From NCBI GenBank assembly GCA_964457375.1, contig CAYWFK010000003.1:4652-68651 (forward strand): 64,000 nucleotides of DNA, written 5' to 3'. The notes under the pieces are model-generated. The model saw nothing but the letters and a program-made list of their open reading frames with translations. It made no database searches and was not told the origin of the DNA. The stretch's first letter is position 1. Each line of letters begins with the position of its first letter. This document shows, piece after piece, positions 44,965 through 53,179 of this stretch. A program made the position numbers and the translations under genes. Source of the stretch: an uncultured Anaerolineales bacterium (GTDB lineage: Bacteria > Chloroflexota > Anaerolineae > Anaerolineales > UBA11858).

Positions 44965-44999
44965 TCCTAATAATGAAATTAGGAGAGACTAAAAATAAG

Positions 45000-45686
45000 A
45001 TGATACAAACCAAGTTGTCGGATGCGGTTGAGGATTATCTCAAAACCATTTACGATCTCAGCCAGACGTATGGCAAAGCTACGACGAATAAAATCGCGGA
45101 GGTTTTGGAGGTTAAGCCCGCTTCTGTTTCCGGGATGATCAAACGGCTGGCGCATTTTTCACCGGCGCTTGTTACTTATCAGAAAAGCCGTGGTGTGATG
45201 CTGACCCCGGAAGGAAACCGAATTGCACTGGAAATCATCCGCCATCATCGTCTGGTCGAATTGTTTTTGAAAGAAACTTTGGGGCTATCCTGGGATGAAG
45301 TGGACAGGGAAGCGGACAAACTCGAGCATGTCATCTCTCCAAAGATTGCCGATCGTATTGCGCAGGTGCTTGGTGACCCGGTGACAGACCCGCATGGTGA
45401 TCCGATTCCGACACGGGATTTACGCATGCCGGAGCAGGGGTTTGTTCGTCTTGACCGGCTCAGGCCACGACTGCATGTCATTATCCGCCGGGTACGGGAT
45501 ACTCATCCGGAATTGCTGCGTTACCTGGCAGAAAAGGGGGTCGTTCTCGACAAGCGTTTTCTCCTCGCTGAATATTCGGGCCTGGACGGCAATCTTACTC
45601 TGATGCGGGAAGACAGTGAAGCGGCTGTTGTGCTGGGGCCCGGAATTACCAGCCAGATTTTCGTCGAAATTCAGGCTGCGAAATGA
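45000..45686 (+). CDS. DtxR/IdeR/MntR-family metal-dependent transcriptional regulator with a C-terminal SH3/FeoA-like domain
   Basis: Start moved to ATG 45000. LSDAVEDYLKTIYDLSQ...ATTNKIAEVLEVKPASVSGMIKRL is the wHTH. RHHRLVELFL...DPHGDPIP is the metal-site/dimerisation region. The C-terminal domain is about 70 aa. Confidence 0.88.
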   Translation: MIQTKLSDAVEDYLKTIYDLSQTYGKATTNKIAEVLEVKPASVSGMIKRLAHFSPALVTYQKSRGVMLTPEGNRIALEIIRHHRLVELFLKETLGLSWDEVDREADKLEHVISPKIADRIAQVLGDPVTDPHGDPIPTRDLRMPEQGFVRLDRLRPRLHVIIRRVRDTHPELLRYLAEKGVVLDKRFLLAEYSGLDGNLTLMREDSEAAVVLGPGITSQIFVEIQAAK

Positions 45687-45731
45687 ACGACCAACCATTA
45701 TACGAACCTATGGATAGATGGAGGAAAGACT

Positions 45732-46808
45732 ATGTCTAATCCGGGTACTGCATTGGCGATTGGAACCGTGATCATGGCTTTGCTGGCGGTTCTTTTTTTT
45801 CCGGAAAGGGGTTTGTTTTTCAGATGGCAGCGTGCCCGATTTCTGGGTGAGCGGGCCTTGATCGAAGATGCGTTGAAACATATTTATCTCTTCGAGCAGG
45901 AAGGAAACAAGGCTACCGTCGAATCTCTTTCGGGCGTGTTGAAAGTGACCCGGGAACGGGGTACAGGGATTTGTGACCGGCTGGAGAAACTTGGTTTGGT
46001 GGCCATCTCCGGCAGTCATTTTCATCTGACCGAAGACGGGCGGAAGTATGCACTCAGAATTATCCGGGCACATCGTTTGTGGGAACGGTATCTTGCGGAA
46101 GAAACGGGTTTCGAACCGGTGGAATGGCACGGACGCGCCGATTTGCGGGAACATTTGCTCACCGACGAAGATGTCGATACGTTAGCGGCTAAGCTCGGCA
46201 ACCCTTTGCATGATCCGCATGGAGACCCCATTCCTACGGCTTCGGGGGAAATTCGATCTCATGATGGCATTCCCCTGACTTCGCTGCCCGTAAACCAAAC
46301 AGCACGCATTGTTCATATGGAAGATGAACCCAAAACGGTTTATGCCCAGTTGGTGGCGGAGGGTTTGGAAATCGGGATGGATTTGCACCTGACGGAGTTT
46401 TCTCCCCAGCGGGTACGTTTTTGGGCGGGGGGTGAAGAACATTTACTTGCACCGGTTGTTGCGGCGAATATTACCGTTGTTCCGCTTGACGAAAAAAGGG
46501 CGGAAACTCAGGAGACGGGGCTGCCGTTGACCTCTCTCGGACTTGGGGAGACAGGGGAAGTTTTATCCATTTCAACCAAAATCCGGGGAGCCGAACGACG
46601 GCGACTGATGGATTTGGGAATTTTGCCCGGTACGCAGATTACCGCCGAGATGAGAAGCCCGGGCGGAGACCCGACGGCTTACCGAATCCGGGGGGCGCTG
46701 ATTGCCCTGCGTAGTGAGCAGGCGGGCAAGATTAGAATCCGGAAACTTGCCGGAAGAGGTGAAAATGCCGCAGCGCCGATTGATGCAGAGGAAGGGAGTA
46801 AAGCATGA
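45732..46808 (+). CDS. membrane-anchored DtxR-like protein fused to two FeoA/SH3-like domains
   Basis: 358 aa. N-terminal hydrophobic helix ALAIGTVIMALLAVLFF, then a DtxR-like wHTH plus RAHRLWERYL...DPHGDPIP. Two FeoA-like modules follow (LTSLPVNQTARIVHMED... and LTSLGLGETGEVLSIS...). The stop overlaps the next start in ATGA. Confidence 0.8.
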   Translation: MSNPGTALAIGTVIMALLAVLFFPERGLFFRWQRARFLGERALIEDALKHIYLFEQEGNKATVESLSGVLKVTRERGTGICDRLEKLGLVAISGSHFHLTEDGRKYALRIIRAHRLWERYLAEETGFEPVEWHGRADLREHLLTDEDVDTLAAKLGNPLHDPHGDPIPTASGEIRSHDGIPLTSLPVNQTARIVHMEDEPKTVYAQLVAEGLEIGMDLHLTEFSPQRVRFWAGGEEHLLAPVVAANITVVPLDEKRAETQETGLPLTSLGLGETGEVLSISTKIRGAERRRLMDLGILPGTQITAEMRSPGGDPTAYRIRGALIALRSEQAGKIRIRKLAGRGENAAAPIDAEEGSKA

Positions 46809-47647
46809 GTGACCAACAACAATCCGTGATGCCGCCTGCATGCGCGACTTGTGCCGTTCATCATTTGGCAAACCTGAAAAAATTGGGCGTGGATATGGAA
46901 GACTGGGATTTTGTCGTTGCTCTGGCGGGAAATCCCAATGTCGGGAAGAGCACGGTTTTCAATGCACTGACCGGGCTGCACCAGCATACGGGAAACTGGC
47001 CCGGAAAAACGGTAACACGTGCGGAGGGCGGTTACGAGTATGCGGCGTATCGATACAAGATTGTCGATTTGCCGGGAACCTATTCTTTGCTGGCTACCAG
47101 CCTGGATGAAGAAGTAGCCAGGGATTTCATCCTGTTCGGTCAGCCTGATGTTACTGTGGTCGTCGTGGATGCTTCGCGTCTGGAGAGAAACCTGAACCTC
47201 GCTTTGCAGGTGCTGGAGATTACCAGCCGAGTGGTGATTTGTTTGAATCTTGTCGATGAGGCGTCCCGCCATGGGATTGTCGTCGACGAGAGACGGCTCG
47301 CGCGGGATTTGGGTGTGCCGGTCGTTCCCACAGTAGCCCGTTTCGGGAAAGGAATCGATGAGCTGCTTGGGGCGATTCATGAAGTAGCCACGGGCAAGGT
47401 GACGGGGAAGCGATACCGTATCCGGCAGATTCCGGAACATTTGCAGGAAGCAGTGGACCAGCTGACAACCGAAATCAACCTGCTCTATCCGGGGCTGCCC
47501 AATGCCCGGTGGGTGGCGCTGCGTTTGCTGGACGGGGACGAACGCATTGCTGCTTCTATCCGGAATGGTGAGCTGGGAGACCTCAGCCGCGGTTCGGGTG
47601 AGGATAGTGAAACCGACCTGGAAGCCAGAATGGAGGCAGAGGAATGA
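46805..47647 (+). CDS. feoB: ferrous iron transporter FeoB, N-terminal soluble part (G-domain plus helical domain) as a separate ORF
   Basis: G1 [10 protein letters not shown]3 DLPG and G4 NLVD motifs. GGAAGGGAG RBS before ATG 46805. ATG 46895 ([15 protein letters not shown]) is an alternative start. Confidence 0.85.
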   Translation: MSDQQQSVMPPACATCAVHHLANLKKLGVDMEDWDFVVALAGNPNVGKSTVFNALTGLHQHTGNWPGKTVTRAEGGYEYAAYRYKIVDLPGTYSLLATSLDEEVARDFILFGQPDVTVVVVDASRLERNLNLALQVLEITSRVVICLNLVDEASRHGIVVDERRLARDLGVPVVPTVARFGKGIDELLGAIHEVATGKVTGKRYRIRQIPEHLQEAVDQLTTEINLLYPGLPNARWVALRLLDGDERIAASIRNGELGDLSRGSGEDSETDLEARMEAEE

Positions 47648-49083
47648 AAGACCATAGGGAAATCACACCGGAAACCTTGCTGAAAGAGGCGGAAGACTTG
47701 CGGTGGAAAATCGGCGGGGATTTTCACGAAAAGTTGATGGAAACGATTTATGCTGACGCTTCGCGGATTGCCTCACGTGCGGTAACAAGGCCGGGCGAGA
47801 AAGCACGTTTTGATTTGGACCGAGCCATCGACCGGGTGGTAACAAGCAGAATTTGGGGATTCCCGATTATGATTTTGTTGTTTACGCTGGTTTTCTGGCT
47901 GACAATCAGCGGGGCAAACTACCCTTCGGAATGGCTTTCCAGGCTGCTGTTGGATGCCGGACGCCCGTTTTTGAAAGGGCTGGCTGCGAGCGCCGGTTTC
48001 CCCTGGTGGCTGGACGGTTTGTTGATTGATGGTATGTATCTGGCGACAGCGTGGGTGGTGAGTGTGATGCTGCCGCCGATGGCAATTTTCTTTCCGTTGT
48101 TTACTTTGCTGGAAGATTTCGGATATCTGCCGCGCCTGGCTTTCAATTTCGACCACATTTTCAAAAAGGCGGGCGCCCACGGCAAGCAGGCGCTGAGCAT
48201 GATGATGGGCTTCGGATGCAATGCAGCAGGGATGATTGCTACCCGTATCATCGACAGCCCGCGCGAACGGTTGATTGCTATGATCACGAATAATTTTGCT
48301 TTGTGCAACGGCCGCTGGCCTACTCAAATTTTGATTGCTACCTTGTTCATCGGTGCATTGGTGCCGGCACATCTTGCGGGGATGATTTCCGCACTGGCTG
48401 TGGTCGGTATCGCGGTGTTGGGCGTGCTGCTCACCTTTGTGGTGAGCTGGGGGCTTTCACGAACCGTGCTGAAAGGCGAGGTTTCGACGTTCAGCCTGGA
48501 ATTGCCGCCGTACCGTCCCCCGCGTATTTTGCAAACGCTCTACACTTCCCTGATAGACCGGACGATTTATGTCTTGTGGCGGGCAATTGTTTTTGCTGCG
48601 CCGGCGGGTGCCGCGATTTGGTTGAGCGCAAATATCCGTGTAAGCGGTGTGAGTATTGCTGAGCATCTCGTTCATTTGCTTGACCCTGTGGGGTTGTTGA
48701 TTGGTTTGAACGGGGTCATCTTGCTGGCGTATGTTGTTGCCATTCCGGCAAACGAAATTGTCATTCCAACGGTGCTGATGCTGACGGTATTGGTCACCGG
48801 CGTCAATGCCGGTGGAGCCGGCAGCGGGGTAATCTTCGAAACGCAGTCGAACGCCGAAATGATGGCTTTGTTTCGTGCGGGGGGCTGGACGCTTTTGACC
48901 GCAGTCAATTTGATGCTGTTTAGCTTGATTCATAATCCTTGCAGCACAACGATTTATACGATGTACAAGGAATCCGGTAGTTTGAAGTGGACTTTGGTCG
49001 GCGCGCTGCTCCCGCTGGCAATGGGTTTCGTTGTCACCTTTTTCGTCGCCCAGATTTGGCGGCTGGTTGTCATGATGCTGTAA
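47644..49083 (+). CDS. feoB: ferrous iron transporter FeoB, membrane (Gate/nucleoside-recognition) part as a separate ORF
   Basis: 479 aa, polytopic. Resembles the FeoB region that follows the G-domain ([23 protein letters not shown]...) and the core/C-terminal Gate motifs. The start overlaps the previous stop (ATGA), with GGAGG 7 nt upstream. Confidence 0.85.
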   Translation: MKDHREITPETLLKEAEDLRWKIGGDFHEKLMETIYADASRIASRAVTRPGEKARFDLDRAIDRVVTSRIWGFPIMILLFTLVFWLTISGANYPSEWLSRLLLDAGRPFLKGLAASAGFPWWLDGLLIDGMYLATAWVVSVMLPPMAIFFPLFTLLEDFGYLPRLAFNFDHIFKKAGAHGKQALSMMMGFGCNAAGMIATRIIDSPRERLIAMITNNFALCNGRWPTQILIATLFIGALVPAHLAGMISALAVVGIAVLGVLLTFVVSWGLSRTVLKGEVSTFSLELPPYRPPRILQTLYTSLIDRTIYVLWRAIVFAAPAGAAIWLSANIRVSGVSIAEHLVHLLDPVGLLIGLNGVILLAYVVAIPANEIVIPTVLMLTVLVTGVNAGGAGSGVIFETQSNAEMMALFRAGGWTLLTAVNLMLFSLIHNPCSTTIYTMYKESGSLKWTLVGALLPLAMGFVVTFFVAQIWRLVVMML

Positions 49084-49289
49084 TCAGCAGGAGGCAGCCC
49101 GATTATTGACTATTATGAGGAGAAGATAGCAGCGATGCGGCGGGGCTGGTACGGTGCGCGTGTTCCGGCGGGTAAATTCCCAATCGTTTTTCCGGCTTTG
49201 AGTGGTCAAGGGAGCCATTCTTCATTATAATCAATGCAAATTTGTTCAAAAAAACAGCCGCTGAAAAGCCGACTGACGAGGAGAACCTG

Positions 49290-50063
49290 ATGAAAGTATT
49301 GGGCATTGATGTAGGTGGGTCGGGGATCAAAGGTGCCCCTGTGGACGTGAAAACCGGTGCGCTGCTGGCGCCGCGCTTTCGAATTCCGACACCGATTCCT
49401 GCCAAACCAAAACCGGTTGCAAAGACCATTGCTGAAATAGCTGCACACTTTGATTGGAAAGGAAAGATAGGCTGCGGTTTTCCTGCTGCGATTCCGAAAG
49501 GGGTTGTTCTCAATGCTGCAAACATCCATCCGAAATGGATTGGGGTGGAAATTGCCGGTTTTCTCACGGAAACAATTGGACTGGAAACCAGAGTCATCAA
49601 CGATGCTGATGCTGCGGGGTTGGCGGAAATGAAATTCGGTGCCGGCCGCGGTGTCGATGGTGTTGTTTTGGTCATTACGCTGGGAACGGGATTGGGGTCT
49701 GCTTTGTTTTGTCATGGTGCGTTGCTGCCCAATACGGAATTGGGGCACGTGGAAATCAAAGGGCGGGAAGCGGAAAAATGGGCTGCTGCGGCAATCCGCA
49801 AGCAGGATAAGCTTTCCTGGCAGGCCTGGGGAAAGCGATTGAACAAGTATCTGAATTATCTGGAATCATTGTTTTTTCCCGATTTGATTATTTTGGGGGG
49901 TGGTGTCAGCCGCAGGCACGAAAAATTCTTCCCCTATTTGCACCTGCGCGCAAAGGTTCTGCCGGCACAACTATTGAACAATGCCGGAATCATTGGTGCT
50001 GCGGCAATTTGTCAGGATAATCTGGGGCATGGTTCTGTCGTATCCTCCGGGACGGGGAAGTAA
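49290..50063 (+). CDS. ppgK: polyphosphate glucokinase (ROK family)
   Basis: [19 protein letters not shown] (ATP/phosphate-1 motif), [12 protein letters not shown] and [21 protein letters not shown] before ATG 49290. Confidence 0.85.
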   Translation: MKVLGIDVGGSGIKGAPVDVKTGALLAPRFRIPTPIPAKPKPVAKTIAEIAAHFDWKGKIGCGFPAAIPKGVVLNAANIHPKWIGVEIAGFLTETIGLETRVINDADAAGLAEMKFGAGRGVDGVVLVITLGTGLGSALFCHGALLPNTELGHVEIKGREAEKWAAAAIRKQDKLSWQAWGKRLNKYLNYLESLFFPDLIILGGGVSRRHEKFFPYLHLRAKVLPAQLLNNAGIIGAAAICQDNLGHGSVVSSGTGK

Positions 50064-50070
50064 CCAAGCG

Positions 50071-51270
50071 ATGCGGGGAATGGCGTTTGCCTCCGTTTCG
50101 GTCGAAGACCGGGAAAGTGAAGAAATCCCCGAAATTCTGGCGGCACAAATTCGCAGACAATTGCAAGGAAATCATGTTGATTTGCTTGTGTTGTTCTTTA
50201 CCCCTCATTATTATCATGATATTCACCGGATTGCTGAGGGACTGCGCGATGAATTGACGCCGCAAGTGCTCATCGGTGTTTCTTCCGAAGGGGTCATCGA
50301 CAGGACGAAAGAATACGAGCTGGTCAAGTCGCTGGTTGTATTTGCAGGGGCATTCCCCGGCGCTTCTTTTTATCCGTTTCATTTGCAGCCCCCGTTTGCG
50401 GAATTCAATGGAGATGAATTTGCTGCCTGGGTGTCTGCCGCCGGTTTTCCTGATTCGCAAAAAGTCTTTTTCCTGTTTGCCGACCCTTTTTCAGCGCCGA
50501 TGGATTATGTGTTGTCGGTTTTGGATGATGCTTTCAGCGGTGTGCCTGTTGCCGGGGGAATGGCCAGCGGGGCACTGCGCCCCGGCGGGAATTACCTGCT
50601 TTTGAATGACGCGGTGTATCACGATGGTGTGGTCGGTCTGGGTATTGCGGGGGATTTCAGGGCGGATGTGATTGTTTCCGGCAGCTGCCGCCCGGTGGGA
50701 AAACCGGTGGTGGTGACGGAAATGGACGGGAACAGGATTGTCCGGGTGGAAGATGAAACGCCGCTGAATTGGGTGCAAGAAACCGTTCGCGATTTGCCCC
50801 CCCGCGAGCAAGACCTGATTCGCGAAGGGATGTTCATCGGCAGGGTTGTCGTCAACCACCATGGCCGATATGGACAGGGGGATTTTCTTATTCATGGAGT
50901 TCTGAATGTCGACTGGAAGTCAGGGACTTTTTCCGTTTCCGGGCAGGTCCGGACGGGTGACATCCTCCGGATTCATGTGCGGGATGCGCAGGCTGCGGAT
51001 GCCGATTTGACGCTGGCACTAACGCCTCAGTTGTTTCACAAAGATGCAGCCGGTGCTTTGTTGTTCGTTTCGAACGGCAGAGGAACCCGTTTGTATGATC
51101 ATCTGCATGGGGATGTGACGGTTGTCAGGCGTTCGCTGGGAAACATTCCGCTGGCAGGCACATTTTGTGCAGGCGAGATTGCCCCGATTGGCATGAAGAA
51201 CTATTTGCAAAGTCATACCATCAGCATGGTTGTCTTTCGGCCGGGGAATGAAAAAACGGGCAGCGATTAA
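50071..51270 (+). CDS. FIST-domain (FIST_N + FIST_C) signal-transduction-type protein
   Basis: 399 aa from ATG 50071. VAGGMASG, plus a C-terminal PLAGTFCAGEIAPIG motif typical of FIST_C. Confidence 0.7.
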   Translation: MRGMAFASVSVEDRESEEIPEILAAQIRRQLQGNHVDLLVLFFTPHYYHDIHRIAEGLRDELTPQVLIGVSSEGVIDRTKEYELVKSLVVFAGAFPGASFYPFHLQPPFAEFNGDEFAAWVSAAGFPDSQKVFFLFADPFSAPMDYVLSVLDDAFSGVPVAGGMASGALRPGGNYLLLNDAVYHDGVVGLGIAGDFRADVIVSGSCRPVGKPVVVTEMDGNRIVRVEDETPLNWVQETVRDLPPREQDLIREGMFIGRVVVNHHGRYGQGDFLIHGVLNVDWKSGTFSVSGQVRTGDILRIHVRDAQAADADLTLALTPQLFHKDAAGALLFVSNGRGTRLYDHLHGDVTVVRRSLGNIPLAGTFCAGEIAPIGMKNYLQSHTISMVVFRPGNEKTGSD

Positions 51271-51281
51271 TCACTGCCCGT
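51250..51281 (-). terminator. intrinsic terminator of the ferredoxin gene, overlapping the FIST gene 3' end
   Basis: Perfect 8-bp stem ACGGGCAG (51256-51263) / CTGCCCGT (51274-51281). The minus-strand transcript reads stem-loop then UUUUU. Confidence 0.6.
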
Positions 51282-51306
51282 CGGTATACCGATCAAGGAA
51301 ACGGGA

Positions 51307-51708
51307 TTACTCTTCGAGTGCGCCGTAACCGGGGCCTTCGGTGAAGAATTTGGCGTTTTCTTCGATATCGGGGGTGAGGTCGACAACTTCGCCAGCTTCC
51401 AGCTGTTTTGTGCAGTCGAGAACAACCTGTTCCCCATTGTGGTCTGTATTTTCATAATGACCGGTCAGGTCACGGCGGCAAATATATTCGCCACCTTTGG
51501 CCTCATAGGCTTCGGGTACTTCGTCTTCTGGAAAAATCGCTTCATAAGGGCATTCCGGAACGCAAGCTCCGCAGTCGATGCAGGTATCCGGGTCGATATA
51601 CATCCAGGGCCATTCTTCGATTGGTTTTCCTGGAATGATGCATTCGACGGGGCAGACTTCCATACAGCCGCCATCGCGCAAACATAAACTAGTAATCACA
51701 TGAGCCAT
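51307..51708 (-). CDS. dicluster ferredoxin (3Fe-4S/4Fe-4S pattern) with a long acidic C-terminal extension
   Basis: 133 aa. CLRDGGCMEVCP (C-x5-C-x3-CP) and CIDCGACVPECP (C-x2-C-x2-C-x3-CP). Confidence 0.85.
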   Translation of the reverse strand: MAHVITSLCLRDGGCMEVCPVECIIPGKPIEEWPWMYIDPDTCIDCGACVPECPYEAIFPEDEVPEAYEAKGGEYICRRDLTGHYENTDHNGEQVVLDCTKQLEAGEVVDLTPDIEENAKFFTEGPGYGALEE

Positions 51709-52157
51709 AGCACAATCCTCCGTATTTTTTTGCTGGAGTAAATTTAACGTATGGCCAATTTTACCTTAATTTTAAAAAGAATTTGGGTCTTCTTTTGTCA
51801 TGTTATTTGGGTATATTTTGTCCTCAATCATACGCCTGCGGTACGGTTGGGTGCTGTGTTTGCTGCTTTGCATCGGACAGCGTACCCTGTTTTGCAAACT
51901 GGCTATCGGTTTGCCTGCGTCGACAGGCAAGCAATGGCTGATGGACTTTTCTCCGGCATCGCGTGTTGTGGGGTTCGGAAAACTCGGTACGTACAAATTC
52001 CTGCCATGGTTTAAAATGGATGAAAGTTTTCTCCGGACGTACGGAACTTTTTCCGGTTTCTTGCTGCGGGCGAGACAGGTAGACAAGGTATACTGCAGCG
52101 AGCAAGTAAACTTTTGGCGATGAATGCAGGTGTGTGGCAGAAATGGAGCGGTGCGGC

Positions 52158-53111
52158 ATGACAGAATCGAAACCACAATCCGGGATTTCCCCTTATCTGG
52201 CAATTGGCTTTGCTGTTCTGGCTATTTCGACGGCATCGATTTTCATTCGCTTTGCACAGCGTGAAGCGCCTTCTCTGGTGATTGCTGCCTACCGGTTGTC
52301 GCTGGCTGTTTTGATACTTCTTCCGCTGGTGGTGAGAAAGCACCTCGATGAATTGAAAAGCCTGGGAAAGAAAGCGTTTTTGCTGGCTTTGCTCTCCGGT
52401 TTCTTTTTGGCGGTGCATTTTGCGGTTTGGATTACGTCTCTGGAATATACGACAGTGGCAAGTTCGGTTGTGCTGGTGACGACAACGCCGCTTTGGGTGG
52501 CGATGATGGCACCTCTGGCAATCGGCGAGCGCATCACCAAACCGATTCTTGTCGGGATGGTGATTACTCTTCTCGGCGGGTTGATCGTCGGGTTGGGGGA
52601 TACCTGCACGATGTATTTTTGGGGGCTGCATTGCCCGCCATTTTCCGCTTTTGTTTCAGGGCGGGCGTTCATCGGTGATGCCCTGGCTTTGACAGGTGCA
52701 CTGGCAGCAGCGGCTTATTTGATGATCGGGCGAAGTTTGCGGGGGGCGCTTTCTCTTGTGCCGTATGTGTTTTTGGTTTACGGGATGGCTGCGGTTATTC
52801 TTGTCCTCGCGGCACTGGCTTCCGGTGCTGCGATGTTCGGTTATTCCGGGCAAACGTATCTTTGGTTTTTGCTTCTCGCCGTTTTTCCTCAGCTGCTCGG
52901 ACATTCGATTTATAATTGGGCGTTGAAGTATCTTTCTGCGTCTTATGTGTCGATTACTTTGCTGGGTGAACCGAGCGGCACTATTTTACTGGCTTATATT
53001 TTCTTGCGGGAAATCCCTTCTGGCGTGAAATTGTTCGGTGCTATACTTATTTTAATGGGAATATTGCTTGCTGCGAAAAGGGATGTGGCACTTGTCGAGC
53101 CGGCAGGGTAA
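52158..53111 (+). CDS. EamA/DMT-family transporter
   Basis: About 10 TM helices in two EamA halves. ATG 52158 has GGAG 9 nt upstream. The ORF-track start at GTG 52134 is possible. Confidence 0.75.
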   Translation: MTESKPQSGISPYLAIGFAVLAISTASIFIRFAQREAPSLVIAAYRLSLAVLILLPLVVRKHLDELKSLGKKAFLLALLSGFFLAVHFAVWITSLEYTTVASSVVLVTTTPLWVAMMAPLAIGERITKPILVGMVITLLGGLIVGLGDTCTMYFWGLHCPPFSAFVSGRAFIGDALALTGALAAAAYLMIGRSLRGALSLVPYVFLVYGMAAVILVLAALASGAAMFGYSGQTYLWFLLLAVFPQLLGHSIYNWALKYLSASYVSITLLGEPSGTILLAYIFLREIPSGVKLFGAILILMGILLAAKRDVALVEPAG

Positions 53112-53179
53112 TTCCCGCTGCATTTGTTGCATTTGGTGATGACATTTCTTATCAGGAAACTATCGAAGAGTAAGAGTTT

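Noticed and set aside
47641-47650. feoB split interpreted as a frameshifted pseudogene
   Set aside because: The junction is a clean ATGA stop/start overlap with its own GGAGG RBS, located exactly at the soluble/membrane domain boundary. Both ORFs are otherwise intact. It is kept as a finding rather than called a pseudogene.
51970-51985. tRNA T-arm-like string GGGGTTCGGAAAAC
   Set aside because: There is no acceptor, D or anticodon stem around it, and the T-loop consensus (GGTTCGAATCC) is not met.
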